Source: an uncultured Candidatus Poseidoniales archaeon (GTDB lineage: Archaea > Thermoplasmatota > Poseidoniia > Poseidoniales > Poseidoniaceae). From it: 64,000 nucleotides of DNA. Shown here piece by piece: positions 1 through 8,850 of the stretch (positions are counted from its first letter, which is position 1; every line of letters begins with the position of its first letter). The position numbers and the translations under genes are program-made. The DNA is taken from contig CAJIYT010000001.1 in NCBI GenBank assembly GCA_905181715.1, positions 71-64,070 on the forward strand. The letters run 5' to 3'. Below the pieces are notes generated by a model. It searched no databases and was not told the DNA's origin. It saw nothing but the letters and a program-made list of their open reading frames with translations.

Positions 1-866
1 CAACATCGTAACCAGTTATCGCCTTGGTAATCAATAACATCGAGGAATGGTGGCGAGGTGACGACTAAATCGACAGATGCATCGTCAAGAATAGATTTAG
101 CTGCATCGTTACATGAGAGAATTGGGTTTTGCGATAGTGGCTGGCCATCCCAGTCTTTGAGTAATGATTTACTCTTGGCGAGAATACGAGGTAATATGTC
201 TTTTGAGGGAGGTGTCTGTTGGCGTTTGGCATTGATTCTTCTTTGAGATTCAAGAGAAACCGCCTGGTTTGGAGGCATTGAATAAACCGAAAAGAAACCA
301 TTAGAATGTCCGGTCAAACGATTGATTGCGACCATACGTATCCATTTGTCGATCGGTTTTATATCGCCTTGACAGTGTTCTTTCAGAGCGATTATTTGGC
401 GAAGGGTATCGGGGTGAAAGAAGGTCAATAAATCGTCATTAGATTCTTTGTTAGAACTGAGATCTAGTTCTCCAAGACGCTTTTCAATTTGCGATATAGT
501 CGGCGGATTGAAGCGCGGTTCGAGTAAGACTTTACTCAAGGGGTTGATGTCATTTCCGAGAGGTTTTCTCTTGAGCAATGCCGCTTCCAAAATGGTGGTG
601 CCACGCCCCATGAAAGGGTCGTAAACCGAATCACCGATCTTTGACAATCTCTCGATGAAAAAGCGCGGTAATTGTGGCTTATAGCAGGCCCGATAGGAGA
701 TTTCATGCAAACTATGGGCTTTGCGTTGAGCACTGGTCCAAAACTCATTGGTAATCTTCGGAACAGTCCCTGAATCATCCCCTGAAGTCCAGTGAATCTC
801 TTCGAGTAGAGACTCACCCCATCGATTGAAGGCAGCGACTTCAGCAATGAAATCTGTAACCTCCAT
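1..866 (-). CDS. DNA methyltransferase (N4-cytosine/N6-adenine class), 3' end cut by window edge
   Basis: Absent from the ORF track because no stop lies in the window. My reverse translation from ATG (866-864) stays open to base 1 (288 codons): MEVTDFIAEVAAFNRWGESLLEEIHWTSGDDSGTVPKITNEFWTSAQRKAHSLHEISYRACYKPQLPRFFIERLSKIGDSVYDPFMGRGTT...SVDLVVTSPPFLDVIDYQGDNW. AdoMet motif I DPFMGRGTT = 594-620. Catalytic motif IV SPPF = 45-56. Confidence 0.8.
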   Translation of the reverse strand, partial: MEVTDFIAEVAAFNRWGESLLEEIHWTSGDDSGTVPKITNEFWTSAQRKAHSLHEISYRACYKPQLPRFFIERLSKIGDSVYDPFMGRGTTILEAALLKRKPLGNDINPLSKVLLEPRFNPPTISQIEKRLGELDLSSNKESNDDLLTFFHPDTLRQIIALKEHCQGDIKPIDKWIRMVAINRLTGHSNGFFSVYSMPPNQAVSLESQRRINAKRQQTPPSKDILPRILAKSKSLLKDWDGQPLSQNPILSCNDAAKSILDDASVDLVVTSPPFLDVIDYQGDNWLRC

Positions 867-961
867 GAGCAGAGGTCATAGTCGGCGGTACAAGAACTTC
901 GACCCCAATCGTTGCCGCAGGATGATATATCCGAGAGTCATGTACGAAGTTGGTGAGGGAG

Positions 962-1801
962 ATGTTGAAGTCACTTTATTGGCGTTTTGTCCTCTCTGCC
1001 AAGGCTCGTAAATCCAGAGGTTTACGCAAACGCCTTGGCCATAATATCAGGGCGATTATTACCGAATCAGAAAATGGAATCTTTGCGGTCGACCCTGAGG
1101 ATTTGGAGGTTGGTGAAAAGTTACGGAAAGGCGGCTTTGGTCTGGATGAAATCGAGCGGCTCGGTAAATATCTCAATGCTGAATCCAAGGTTTTGATAGT
1201 TGGTTCCCACATCGGATCATTGGCTATTCCTTTGGCGAAGAAATGTGCTAAATTAGTGGCGGTTGAGGCCAATCCCGACACATTTGAACTATTGAAGTTG
1301 AATATTTCTTTGAATGATTGTAACAATATCAAAGCCCACAATATAGCGGCGAGCGATAAGCGAGAGCAACTTAAGTTTCTCAAAAGCAGAGTTAATTCAG
1401 GTGGTAGTAAACGTACGCCGAAGAATCACAATTTCATGTATGATTACGACAAGCCGGAAGAGATTGAGGTCGAGGCTTATTCCTTAGATGAACATCTGGG
1501 GGTTGAATCCTATGATTTGGTCATTATGGATATCGAAGGTTCAGAATATTTTGCTCTCAAAGGAATGGCTGAAACCCTAGTTCAAAGCAAAGTGTTGGTA
1601 GTTGAATTCCTGCCTCACCATCTGCGTGATGTTGCAGGCATTACAGTCGATGAATTCCTCTCAGTAATACCTGATGGATTTGTTAAAATGACCATACCTT
1701 CACAAAAGCGTTCAGTCGATAAAACATCCTTTGAGGCTGAACTAAAGGCAATGTTCGCTGCAGATAAAGGCGATGATGGCTTGATTTTTGAAAAAGTGTG
1801 A
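962..1801 (+). CDS. FkbM-family SAM-dependent methyltransferase
   Basis: Track ORF 950..1801 starts at TTG. ATG 962 follows GGTGAG (952-957). Motifs VGSHIGSLAIPLAK, VAVEANPDTFELLKLNISLN and VIMDIEGSEYFALKG fit the Methyltransf_21/FkbM pattern. Confidence 0.75.
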   Translation: MLKSLYWRFVLSAKARKSRGLRKRLGHNIRAIITESENGIFAVDPEDLEVGEKLRKGGFGLDEIERLGKYLNAESKVLIVGSHIGSLAIPLAKKCAKLVAVEANPDTFELLKLNISLNDCNNIKAHNIAASDKREQLKFLKSRVNSGGSKRTPKNHNFMYDYDKPEEIEVEAYSLDEHLGVESYDLVIMDIEGSEYFALKGMAETLVQSKVLVVEFLPHHLRDVAGITVDEFLSVIPDGFVKMTIPSQKRSVDKTSFEAELKAMFAADKGDDGLIFEKV

Positions 1802-3484
1802 TCAGGATTTTGACCTTTTCCACTCACCAACAGTCATTCCTTCAGCATTAGCCTGCTTGCGTTCTTGTGCTGCTTCCCACGCTGAAACCCCTTGTAATTC
1901 ACTTAGGTAATCGAGATGTCCAGGTCTGGTAACCACCATCACATCGTCTGCGGTAAATTGCGAGGGCGAGGTATAGCCACAGGATTTGGTCAAGGTCATC
2001 ACCTCATGCTGTAATGCTTGGGCGTACATCGCAACTCGCTCGCTTGCGCCTTCGACATCTAGGGCGCGTTGACGCTTTGCATCTTGGGTTGCGATTCCGG
2101 TTGGACAATGGTTAGAATGGCAATCCAGGGCTTGGATACAGCCGAGTGCAAGTAGGAAACCCCGGGCGATATAGACTGCATCAGCACCTAACGACATCGC
2201 CACAACCACATCGATTGGTGTTGCCATTTGTCCGGCGGATAATAATGCAACTCTATCTCTAACTCCATATTCCTTCAAGGCAATATCTACCACTGCAATC
2301 GCTTGTTTCATCGGCAAACCAGCGTGACTTGCTAACACCAATGGTGCTGCACCAGTGCCACCTTCAGAACCGTCGACAGCGATATAATCAGGTCCACGCC
2401 CCGGTTCAGCAGCCATTTTTTCTGCGATCATTTCAATTTCATCGGTATGGCCGACGACCAATTTAATCCCGACCGGTTTGTCACAAATCTTCCGCACCCG
2501 GTCTAAGAAATCAAACAACTCATCAACATTTGAAATTTCGACATGGCGTCGTGGCGACAATAAATCTTGCCCCATCGGGACATTACGTATCGCTGCGATT
2601 TCAGCAGTGATTTTTTCTTTGAGTAACATACCGCCTTTTCCTGGCTTTGCGCCCTGGGCTAGTTTTACTTCTATCATTTTCACATCGGAGTGAGCTGCGA
2701 GTTTTTTCATTAGGTCATCATCCAACGATGAATCATCTTTGCGCACACCGAATTTAGCAGTTCCCATTTGAAAGATTGCTCCTCCTCCTTTCTGATGGTA
2801 AGGCGAGTATCCACCCTCCCCGGTATTGTGGAGAATTCCTGCTTTCTTCGCTCCAATATTTAGGGCTGAAATCGCTCTTGCCGAGAGTGAACCAAAAGAC
2901 ATTGCAGATATGTTCACGAAGTGGTTCATAACCACCGGATTTGTAATCCCCGTATGCTTGCCAATTACCAATTGGTAATCTCCTTCTTCGTTGGTATTCT
3001 TGCCGCTGGCCGACCGATCGGTAAAGGTTGATGGTAATACGTGATATGAGCCCACAGCATCGAAATCGATTTGGCTTCCAAAGCCGATATTGTTGGATTT
3101 ACCAGCTGCGGTTTTGTAAACCCAATTTCTAGTTACGCGATTAAACGGCTTTTCGTCGAGGTCGGCCATAAACCAGTATTGGCGGAATAAGGGCCCCACT
3201 CCGACTGCCATTTTCCGGCCCCAATAGAGCACAGGAAAGGTTCTTTGAATCGGGTTATCCACTTGGGTGATGTCGTTTAAGAAGAGTACTGCGATACCAC
3301 AGCCGATGGCGATTGGCATTATTACTGGAATGCTAAGGGCGGTTTCGATTCCAAATTGTGAAGCGAATAGAGGTAGACCATACCAAGAGGTTATGGCAGT
3401 GCTTGCTAACCAAGCAGCCCACCAAGCCCAGCGCTTTGAATTCGACTTTGCCATGGCTAGGCTATCACTGACCTTGCATTTCAA
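1802..3484 (-). CDS. FMN-binding glutamate synthase-related protein (GltB domain-2 family) with hydrophobic N-terminus
   Basis: Motifs ISAMSFGSLSARAISALNIGAKKAGILHNTGEGG, KLAQGAKPGKGGML and VDGSEGGTGAAP. N-terminal TM-like segments. The start codon overlaps the upstream TrmH stop by 4 nt. Confidence 0.85.
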   Translation of the reverse strand: MKCKVSDSLAMAKSNSKRWAWWAAWLASTAITSWYGLPLFASQFGIETALSIPVIMPIAIGCGIAVLFLNDITQVDNPIQRTFPVLYWGRKMAVGVGPLFRQYWFMADLDEKPFNRVTRNWVYKTAAGKSNNIGFGSQIDFDAVGSYHVLPSTFTDRSASGKNTNEEGDYQLVIGKHTGITNPVVMNHFVNISAMSFGSLSARAISALNIGAKKAGILHNTGEGGYSPYHQKGGGAIFQMGTAKFGVRKDDSSLDDDLMKKLAAHSDVKMIEVKLAQGAKPGKGGMLLKEKITAEIAAIRNVPMGQDLLSPRRHVEISNVDELFDFLDRVRKICDKPVGIKLVVGHTDEIEMIAEKMAAEPGRGPDYIAVDGSEGGTGAAPLVLASHAGLPMKQAIAVVDIALKEYGVRDRVALLSAGQMATPIDVVVAMSLGADAVYIARGFLLALGCIQALDCHSNHCPTGIATQDAKRQRALDVEGASERVAMYAQALQHEVMTLTKSCGYTSPSQFTADDVMVVTRPGHLDYLSELQGVSAWEAAQERKQANAEGMTVGEWKRSKS

Positions 3485-4251
3485 TCATCGCATGATTGTT
3501 GACGCAGAGATTCCAATGCCACTGCCGAAAGAGCGACTTGAAGATTGTACGATGGCACGAACCCCTTCATCGGTAATCTTACCACTTCATCAGCAGCCTC
3601 GAGCATCTCTGTTGAGACTCCATGACGTTCTGCTCCCACAACCATTACCAAATCGCCGGTCAAATCGACATCCCAAGGTGCGACTTTACCACAATCCTCG
3701 ATTACTACGATTTTCAACTCATGTTTTTTGAAGACTGCAAGTGCTTCTTCAGCCGAAGCCCATATCACGGGGATGAAGCGATCAGCGCGCATACTAGCGC
3801 GGGTGGCTGTGCGTCGTAGATCATTGGTTTGGGGTGTGGTAATCACAACCGCATTGGCTCCACTAACTTCAGCGGTGCGCACACAAAACCCGATATTGGT
3901 TGCATATTCGACTTGGTCAAGCAACCAGATGGTTCCTCCACCTGAGCACACCTGATCCAGAGTGGCATTTGGATTCCGACCTATTAAGGCCATAATTTCA
4001 TGTTCACCATCAGCTGACATGCGCCACAAATCGGTAGATGAGCCTATTTCGAAGGGGATTTTTTTTTCCAGACAAAGTGCCTTCACCTCTTCGTCAATCG
4101 CATCGCGATCCATCAATATCAAAGTTGCTTCACCGCTAGCAAGCGCAGCGATTACTTCATCACGCCCTCGCACCTGCACGGAACAACCAACGAGTGCTCC
4201 TTCATGAAGACGCCACCCGAATGGAGCAAAGGTCCGCGAGGACAGACTCAT
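3481..4251 (-). CDS. SpoU/TrmH-family RNA 2'-O-methyltransferase
   Basis: SpoU motifs NIGFCVRTAEVSGANAVV, MVVGAERHGVS and LPMKGFVPSYNLQVALSAVALE. The track start 4299 would overlap rpl15e, so the internal ATG at 4251 (MSLSSRT...) is preferred. Confidence 0.8.
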   Translation of the reverse strand: MSLSSRTFAPFGWRLHEGALVGCSVQVRGRDEVIAALASGEATLILMDRDAIDEEVKALCLEKKIPFEIGSSTDLWRMSADGEHEIMALIGRNPNATLDQVCSGGGTIWLLDQVEYATNIGFCVRTAEVSGANAVVITTPQTNDLRRTATRASMRADRFIPVIWASAEEALAVFKKHELKIVVIEDCGKVAPWDVDLTGDLVMVVGAERHGVSTEMLEAADEVVRLPMKGFVPSYNLQVALSAVALESLRQQSCDD

Positions 4252-4297
4252 AAAGGGATGGCAAGTCGCCGTGATGCTTAAGAAGCAGGTGAACATC

Positions 4298-4888
4298 ATG
4301 GTCCAAGGTCTCTACCAACACGTTCGTAAGACTTGGAACCGCCCAAAGGCTACCCAAGACCACATGGACCGCATGAAGCGTATGTCCCAATGGCGCCGTG
4401 AACCTGTTAACTGCAGAATCGAGCGGCCAACCCGTATCGACGCTGCTCGTAGACTTGGTTACAAGGCTAAGCAAGGCATCGTTATGATCAGAACTCGCGT
4501 CCGCCGTGGTGGTCTCCGTAAGGGTAAGATTCACAAGAAGCGTAAGCCATCTAAGGCTGGTATCAACAAGATTACCATGGCCAAAAATACTCAGCGCATG
4601 GCTGAAGAACGTGTGAACCGTCATTTCCCTAATCTAGAAGTTCTCAATTCTTATTGGGTCGGTCAAGATGGTAAGCACAAGTTCTACGAGATTATAATGC
4701 TCGATCCTCATCACCCAGCAATCAAGTCGGATAAGAATCTCGGCTGGATCGCTGAAACTCAGCATCGGGGTCGCGCCTATCGTGGTAAGACCAGTGCTGG
4801 CAAGCGTGGTCGTGGACTACACAACAAAGGTAAGGGTGCAGAAAAGTTGCGTCCTTCCCTCAAGGCCCGTGGCAATATCGGCAAGTGA
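4298..4888 (+). CDS. rpl15e: 50S ribosomal protein L15e
   Basis: MVQGLYQHVRKTWNRPK...RVRRGGLRKGK...YRGKTSAGKRGRGLHNKGKG. This r-protein is specific to archaea and eukaryotes. Track start 4271 trimmed to the conserved N-terminus. Confidence 0.9.
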   Translation: MVQGLYQHVRKTWNRPKATQDHMDRMKRMSQWRREPVNCRIERPTRIDAARRLGYKAKQGIVMIRTRVRRGGLRKGKIHKKRKPSKAGINKITMAKNTQRMAEERVNRHFPNLEVLNSYWVGQDGKHKFYEIIMLDPHHPAIKSDKNLGWIAETQHRGRAYRGKTSAGKRGRGLHNKGKGAEKLRPSLKARGNIGK

Positions 4889-4894
4889 TTTTTT
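4889..4894 (+). terminator. oligo-T tract immediately after the rpl15e stop
   Basis: TGA (4886-4888) is followed by TTTTTT. Archaeal terminators are typically T-tracts. Confidence 0.3.
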
Positions 4895-5024
4895 CACCGC
4901 CGGCCTCGACTTAATTGCTATAATGGCAGTCGGCAACGTGCCTGTAAGACCTGAGGATTTCCAGTCTTAAGCCGCTGGTCTGATAGGGTGGCACCTTGTC
5001 ACTCATCTCAGTGGGAGTGAGACG

Positions 5025-5285
5025 ATGAGCGACGAAGGCATGAGTCTGACCGCTTTCACCGGGCTAGAGGTATTCCTTCCCAATGGCCGTCGTCTTGGCC
5101 GGGTTCACGATGCAGTCATCGATGCAGGTGAGATGAGTTGCTCACATCTATTCATTCGTGAAACCGATAAGGAATTGGTAGAAGGCGGTGTTCATCTAGC
5201 GGTTCCTTGGCGCTGGGTAAGGGCAATCGACGATATCGTTCTGTTGCGTTGGTTCCCAGAAACTCCAATCCCTCTGGGCAATTGA
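5025..5285 (+). CDS. PRC-barrel domain protein
   Basis: 86 aa. LEVFLPNGRRLGRVHDAVIDAGEM...HLAVPWRWVRAIDDIVLL resembles archaeal PRC-barrel proteins. GGGAGTGA Shine-Dalgarno-like element lies before the ATG. Confidence 0.6.
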   Translation: MSDEGMSLTAFTGLEVFLPNGRRLGRVHDAVIDAGEMSCSHLFIRETDKELVEGGVHLAVPWRWVRAIDDIVLLRWFPETPIPLGN

Positions 5286-5294
5286 GGAATCGAT

Positions 5295-6362
5295 ATGGCA
5301 TTGGAATTACACGTACTTGGCACTTCTTCGGCTAGGCCAGCCCATGGGCGTGAAGTCTCCGGTTCTTTCTTGGTCACACCAGAAGGCAATCTTGCAATAG
5401 ATTGTGGTGAGGGCTTTCAATCGCGTCTGGCCGCTCAACGTGCGGCATTGAAAGGAGAGAAGAAAAAACTCAAAATTTCAAGATTAGGAGCAATATTACT
5501 CAGCCATGGCCATCTTGATCACACGTGGGGAGTACTTCCTTGGCTCAAGTCGATGTCACTAGATGGTAGAACCAAGCCACTGATGATAATCGGTCCTACA
5601 TCCTCTGCAAATATCGCTGCTCTCCTCTCTAGCCAAGTGCCAGAGAAAGATCCTGATATTGATCTGGTTCATCAGTATTCGATATGGAGAAGTCTTGGCG
5701 CCACAAGCAAAGATCTCGGCTATGAGGTCGATTGGATTCTTGGTGATGGTCAGAGATGGTATTCGCTCGATAATGGTTTACTCGATGAACTGCCCCAACC
5801 ACTGGCGAAGGTAACCATCAGTGCTCATAAAACCAGACATAGCGTTCCATCTTTTGCTTGGCGCGTGGCTACTGCTGACCGGCCAGGTGTTTTTGACCGT
5901 AAGAAAGCAGAAAAACTACCCGAACAAATTCGTATGAAGTTATCACAAGGCGAGAATGTAGAATTCGCGGGAGAAGAACTCCTTTCATCTGATTTCAGAG
6001 GGGATGTAAGGCCGGGTATTTCTTTGATTGTCAGCGGTGATACCGCCGAATGTTCAATTGATGCTCAATGTGATTTACTATTCCATGAGGCAACATATCA
6101 TGACGTCCATCAGGAATGGGCTGAGAAGTTTTTGCATTGTACCGCATCTGGTGCAGCTCGAACAGCGGTGAAATGTAGCGCCTCTTATCTTGCTATCACC
6201 CATTACTCGGCGCGTATCGAAGATCACGAAACCTCGCTCTTAGAAGCGAGATCAGTCCATGGCAATGTTATGGCTTGCAATGACGGAGACCGCCTTGAAC
6301 TTACCCCCGAAGGTTTGCTCAATCATCATGTGCGAAACGAGTTAGGCTGGTCTGTCAATTAA
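5295..6362 (+). CDS. rnz: ribonuclease Z-like MBL-fold hydrolase
   Basis: N-terminus LHVLGTSSARPAHGREVSGSFL...IDCGEGFQ and the HxHxDH motif LLSHGHLDHTWG. GAGGA lies 8 nt before the ATG. Confidence 0.75.
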   Translation: MALELHVLGTSSARPAHGREVSGSFLVTPEGNLAIDCGEGFQSRLAAQRAALKGEKKKLKISRLGAILLSHGHLDHTWGVLPWLKSMSLDGRTKPLMIIGPTSSANIAALLSSQVPEKDPDIDLVHQYSIWRSLGATSKDLGYEVDWILGDGQRWYSLDNGLLDELPQPLAKVTISAHKTRHSVPSFAWRVATADRPGVFDRKKAEKLPEQIRMKLSQGENVEFAGEELLSSDFRGDVRPGISLIVSGDTAECSIDAQCDLLFHEATYHDVHQEWAEKFLHCTASGAARTAVKCSASYLAITHYSARIEDHETSLLEARSVHGNVMACNDGDRLELTPEGLLNHHVRNELGWSVN

Positions 6363-6399
6363 GGGCGAGTTTGAAGTGTCTTGTTGCATTGAGTCTACC

Positions 6400-8790
6400 A
6401 TGCGAGGGCGAGCCGTCATCACAGTCTTACTGGGTTTGCTGTTTGTGATGCCGGTTGTATCGGCTGCCAATGGACGGGCTGAGCCCGGCTGTACAGAGAT
6501 GGATATTTCGACGATTTCTTCACAGGAATTAATCAGTAGCGATTTGTGTATCAAATTGGATTTAGGTATCCATTCATCAGGAGCGGTATTAGAGTTTGAC
6601 ATCATCGTGTCAGAAGGCGATTTAGATTTACTACTCTTCGATGAGAATGGCGTCCAAGCCTATGATTTAGGTAACTCATATCGCGACTATTTCATCGATG
6701 ATGCAAGTTTCGAGGGCGCTTTTGGCGAGTACGAGTTTGACTGGCAAGTACCTGTTTCAAGCCAGGCTAAGAATTGGTATATCGTGCTTGATAATCACAA
6801 TCATGATGGTGATGGTGGTCAGGGCGGTCAAGGTTTGATCGATGCTAGAGTGGCCTTTGCCATGGATGTCGCAAATGAATGGCAATGGACTCCTTATCAC
6901 GATGTGGTAAAAGTGAATCCCGGAATACGTGAGACCCTGTTGGGAGAGGGAACATTAATCCTCGATGCTGAGACCGGATTGGACATAAAAGTCGAGCCTA
7001 TCAGTGGTTCAGCCAATGTCTATATCCAAACCGTTGAGCAGAGCAGTGGTGGGCTTTACATCTCTGGAACTCTGATGGAAGAAGTCGATTCTACCAATTC
7101 ATTATCATGGACAGTTCCTGCTAACTTCAATGGGAAATCATTGGTCCTTCAATGCGATAATAGCGCTGGTTCTGAAGAGTTCAGAGCCACTATAACCGTC
7201 AAGGCTTCACCGCCGTTGAATGCTGTAGTAACCGATGATATTGATGAGATGGTGACCATTGATGAGACCTTTACTTTGGACGCAACCTCTTCACCAAATT
7301 TACTGAATCAGATTTCGATTATTCGCTGGGATATGGATGGTGATGGTTCATATGAAGTAGAAGGATGGACAGTTCAACATTCATATAATGAACCCGGAAC
7401 TTACAATGTATCGGTCGAATTAATATCGGCAGTTCAATCTACATCTTATGGTACTCATGTGGTAAAGGTTTCAGATGTAATCGATCCGATTGCCAGAATT
7501 ACTGGGACCGGCACCCAACTACTCGATGGCCGCTGGAAAGTCGAGCCAAATTCAGACATCTATTTTTCATCTGTCACTTCCAGCGATGATGATGAAATCG
7601 CAACTCGCGCTTGGTCTTTGGATGGCACTTCCTACGGCGGAGATGAATCTGTTACTATACAGTGGGCAGAACCTGGCAATCATAATCTAATACTGACCAT
7701 AACCGACAGTTCTGGTAATGCCGGTTCTGATAATGTGACAATATTCGTCGATGATGAGACCAAACCAGTAATCGATGAGCAATCGATAGAATCACTGAAG
7801 TCGGGGTTGGTAGGTGATGCAGTGACTTTTAGTGCATCAGCAATAGATGTCTTCGACGACTCTTCACAACTGGTTTACACTTGGGACGTCTTTCCAACTG
7901 TCGATGCAGATGGCGATGGAGATAAGAGAAATGATGCTGATTTAACTGGTAGAACCGTGAAGTATTCTTTTACTGAAACCGGTCGTCATGATGTGGTCTT
8001 AACAGTAAGTGATCCTTCTGGTAATAGTGATAGTTATTCATTCGAAGTGGTTATTGCTGCTCAGCCAGAATCGAGTTCGGGTTTTGCAATATTTATTGTA
8101 GTTCTATTCATTGCTGCAATAACCGGCGGTTTAGGAGTTATCGGAAATCGTATGATGCAACGCAAACATGCAGTGACTCTTCTTGTTGAGAGAGGCTTTT
8201 CTATTGGCGAGGCAGAAGCAAGAGTCGAAGCAGTCGCTCGCTCCAAGAGTTTGCCAATGCTGGCTAATGCCATGCAATTAGCGGGAATTGGAGAGGGTCA
8301 AGCTATGACAGAAGAACAAATCGCCCTTGCTGCAAAGGCAACTGAAATGGCGGCGATTTATGGTGCAGGGGGGAGCACGATGCAAACAAGTGACCCCAAT
8401 GCAGGATTCAGGCCAGCAATCCAACAGAATTCACAGAGCGCATCGATGATGGCCGGTGAGGCTTTAGCGGGATTGATGGATGAAGAACCCAAGAAGGTCT
8501 CTCAGCAAACAAATCAAGGAATAAACTCAGAAGATGATTTCATCGATCATCTACGAAGTGCACCAGCACCAACTCCGAAATCAGAAACAAATTCATCTGT
8601 TAAAATGAATGTTAGAAGTGGAGGAATATCTCTCCCGAGTTCGAAAAAATCTCCTGTCGAGAAGCCAAGCGGTATCAAAGGATCTTGTAGTGCGTGTTCT
8701 AAGGGTTTCATGATAGATTTACCATCTGGAGTGACTGAAGCATTAGTCGATTGTCCACATTGTGGTGTCGAGGTATTGTTCACACGTTGA
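6400..8790 (+). CDS. secreted PKD-repeat surface protein with a single TM and a cytoplasmic tail ending in a Cys4 zinc ribbon
   Basis: Signal-like MRGRAVITVLLGLLFVMPVVSAANG. PPC-like GDLDLLLFDENG module. Three PKD-like repeats (WDMDGDGSYE..YNEPGTYNVSVEL; WSLDGTSYGG..EPGNHNLILTITDSSGN; WDVFPTVDADGDGD..ETGRHDVVLTVSDPSGN). TM GFAIFIVVLFIAAITGGLGVIG (8078-8145). C-terminal CSAC-x18-CPHC (8686-8763). Track start 6376 is GTG; ATG 6400 is used here. Confidence 0.8.
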   Translation: MRGRAVITVLLGLLFVMPVVSAANGRAEPGCTEMDISTISSQELISSDLCIKLDLGIHSSGAVLEFDIIVSEGDLDLLLFDENGVQAYDLGNSYRDYFIDDASFEGAFGEYEFDWQVPVSSQAKNWYIVLDNHNHDGDGGQGGQGLIDARVAFAMDVANEWQWTPYHDVVKVNPGIRETLLGEGTLILDAETGLDIKVEPISGSANVYIQTVEQSSGGLYISGTLMEEVDSTNSLSWTVPANFNGKSLVLQCDNSAGSEEFRATITVKASPPLNAVVTDDIDEMVTIDETFTLDATSSPNLLNQISIIRWDMDGDGSYEVEGWTVQHSYNEPGTYNVSVELISAVQSTSYGTHVVKVSDVIDPIARITGTGTQLLDGRWKVEPNSDIYFSSVTSSDDDEIATRAWSLDGTSYGGDESVTIQWAEPGNHNLILTITDSSGNAGSDNVTIFVDDETKPVIDEQSIESLKSGLVGDAVTFSASAIDVFDDSSQLVYTWDVFPTVDADGDGDKRNDADLTGRTVKYSFTETGRHDVVLTVSDPSGNSDSYSFEVVIAAQPESSSGFAIFIVVLFIAAITGGLGVIGNRMMQRKHAVTLLVERGFSIGEAEARVEAVARSKSLPMLANAMQLAGIGEGQAMTEEQIALAAKATEMAAIYGAGGSTMQTSDPNAGFRPAIQQNSQSASMMAGEALAGLMDEEPKKVSQQTNQGINSEDDFIDHLRSAPAPTPKSETNSSVKMNVRSGGISLPSSKKSPVEKPSGIKGSCSACSKGFMIDLPSGVTEALVDCPHCGVEVLFTR

Positions 8791-8850
8791 TGCAGTGATA
8801 ATATAATCAATACAGGGATGGGTTCTTGAGTATCAGTGCCGCGAAGCGGC

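Noticed and set aside
65-847. Track ORFs 65..301 (-) and 536..847 (-), considered as independent small genes
   Set aside because: Both are out-of-frame shadows of the long methyltransferase frame. That frame is open from 866 to base 1 and carries clear motifs I and IV. The track ORF sequences have no recognisable features.
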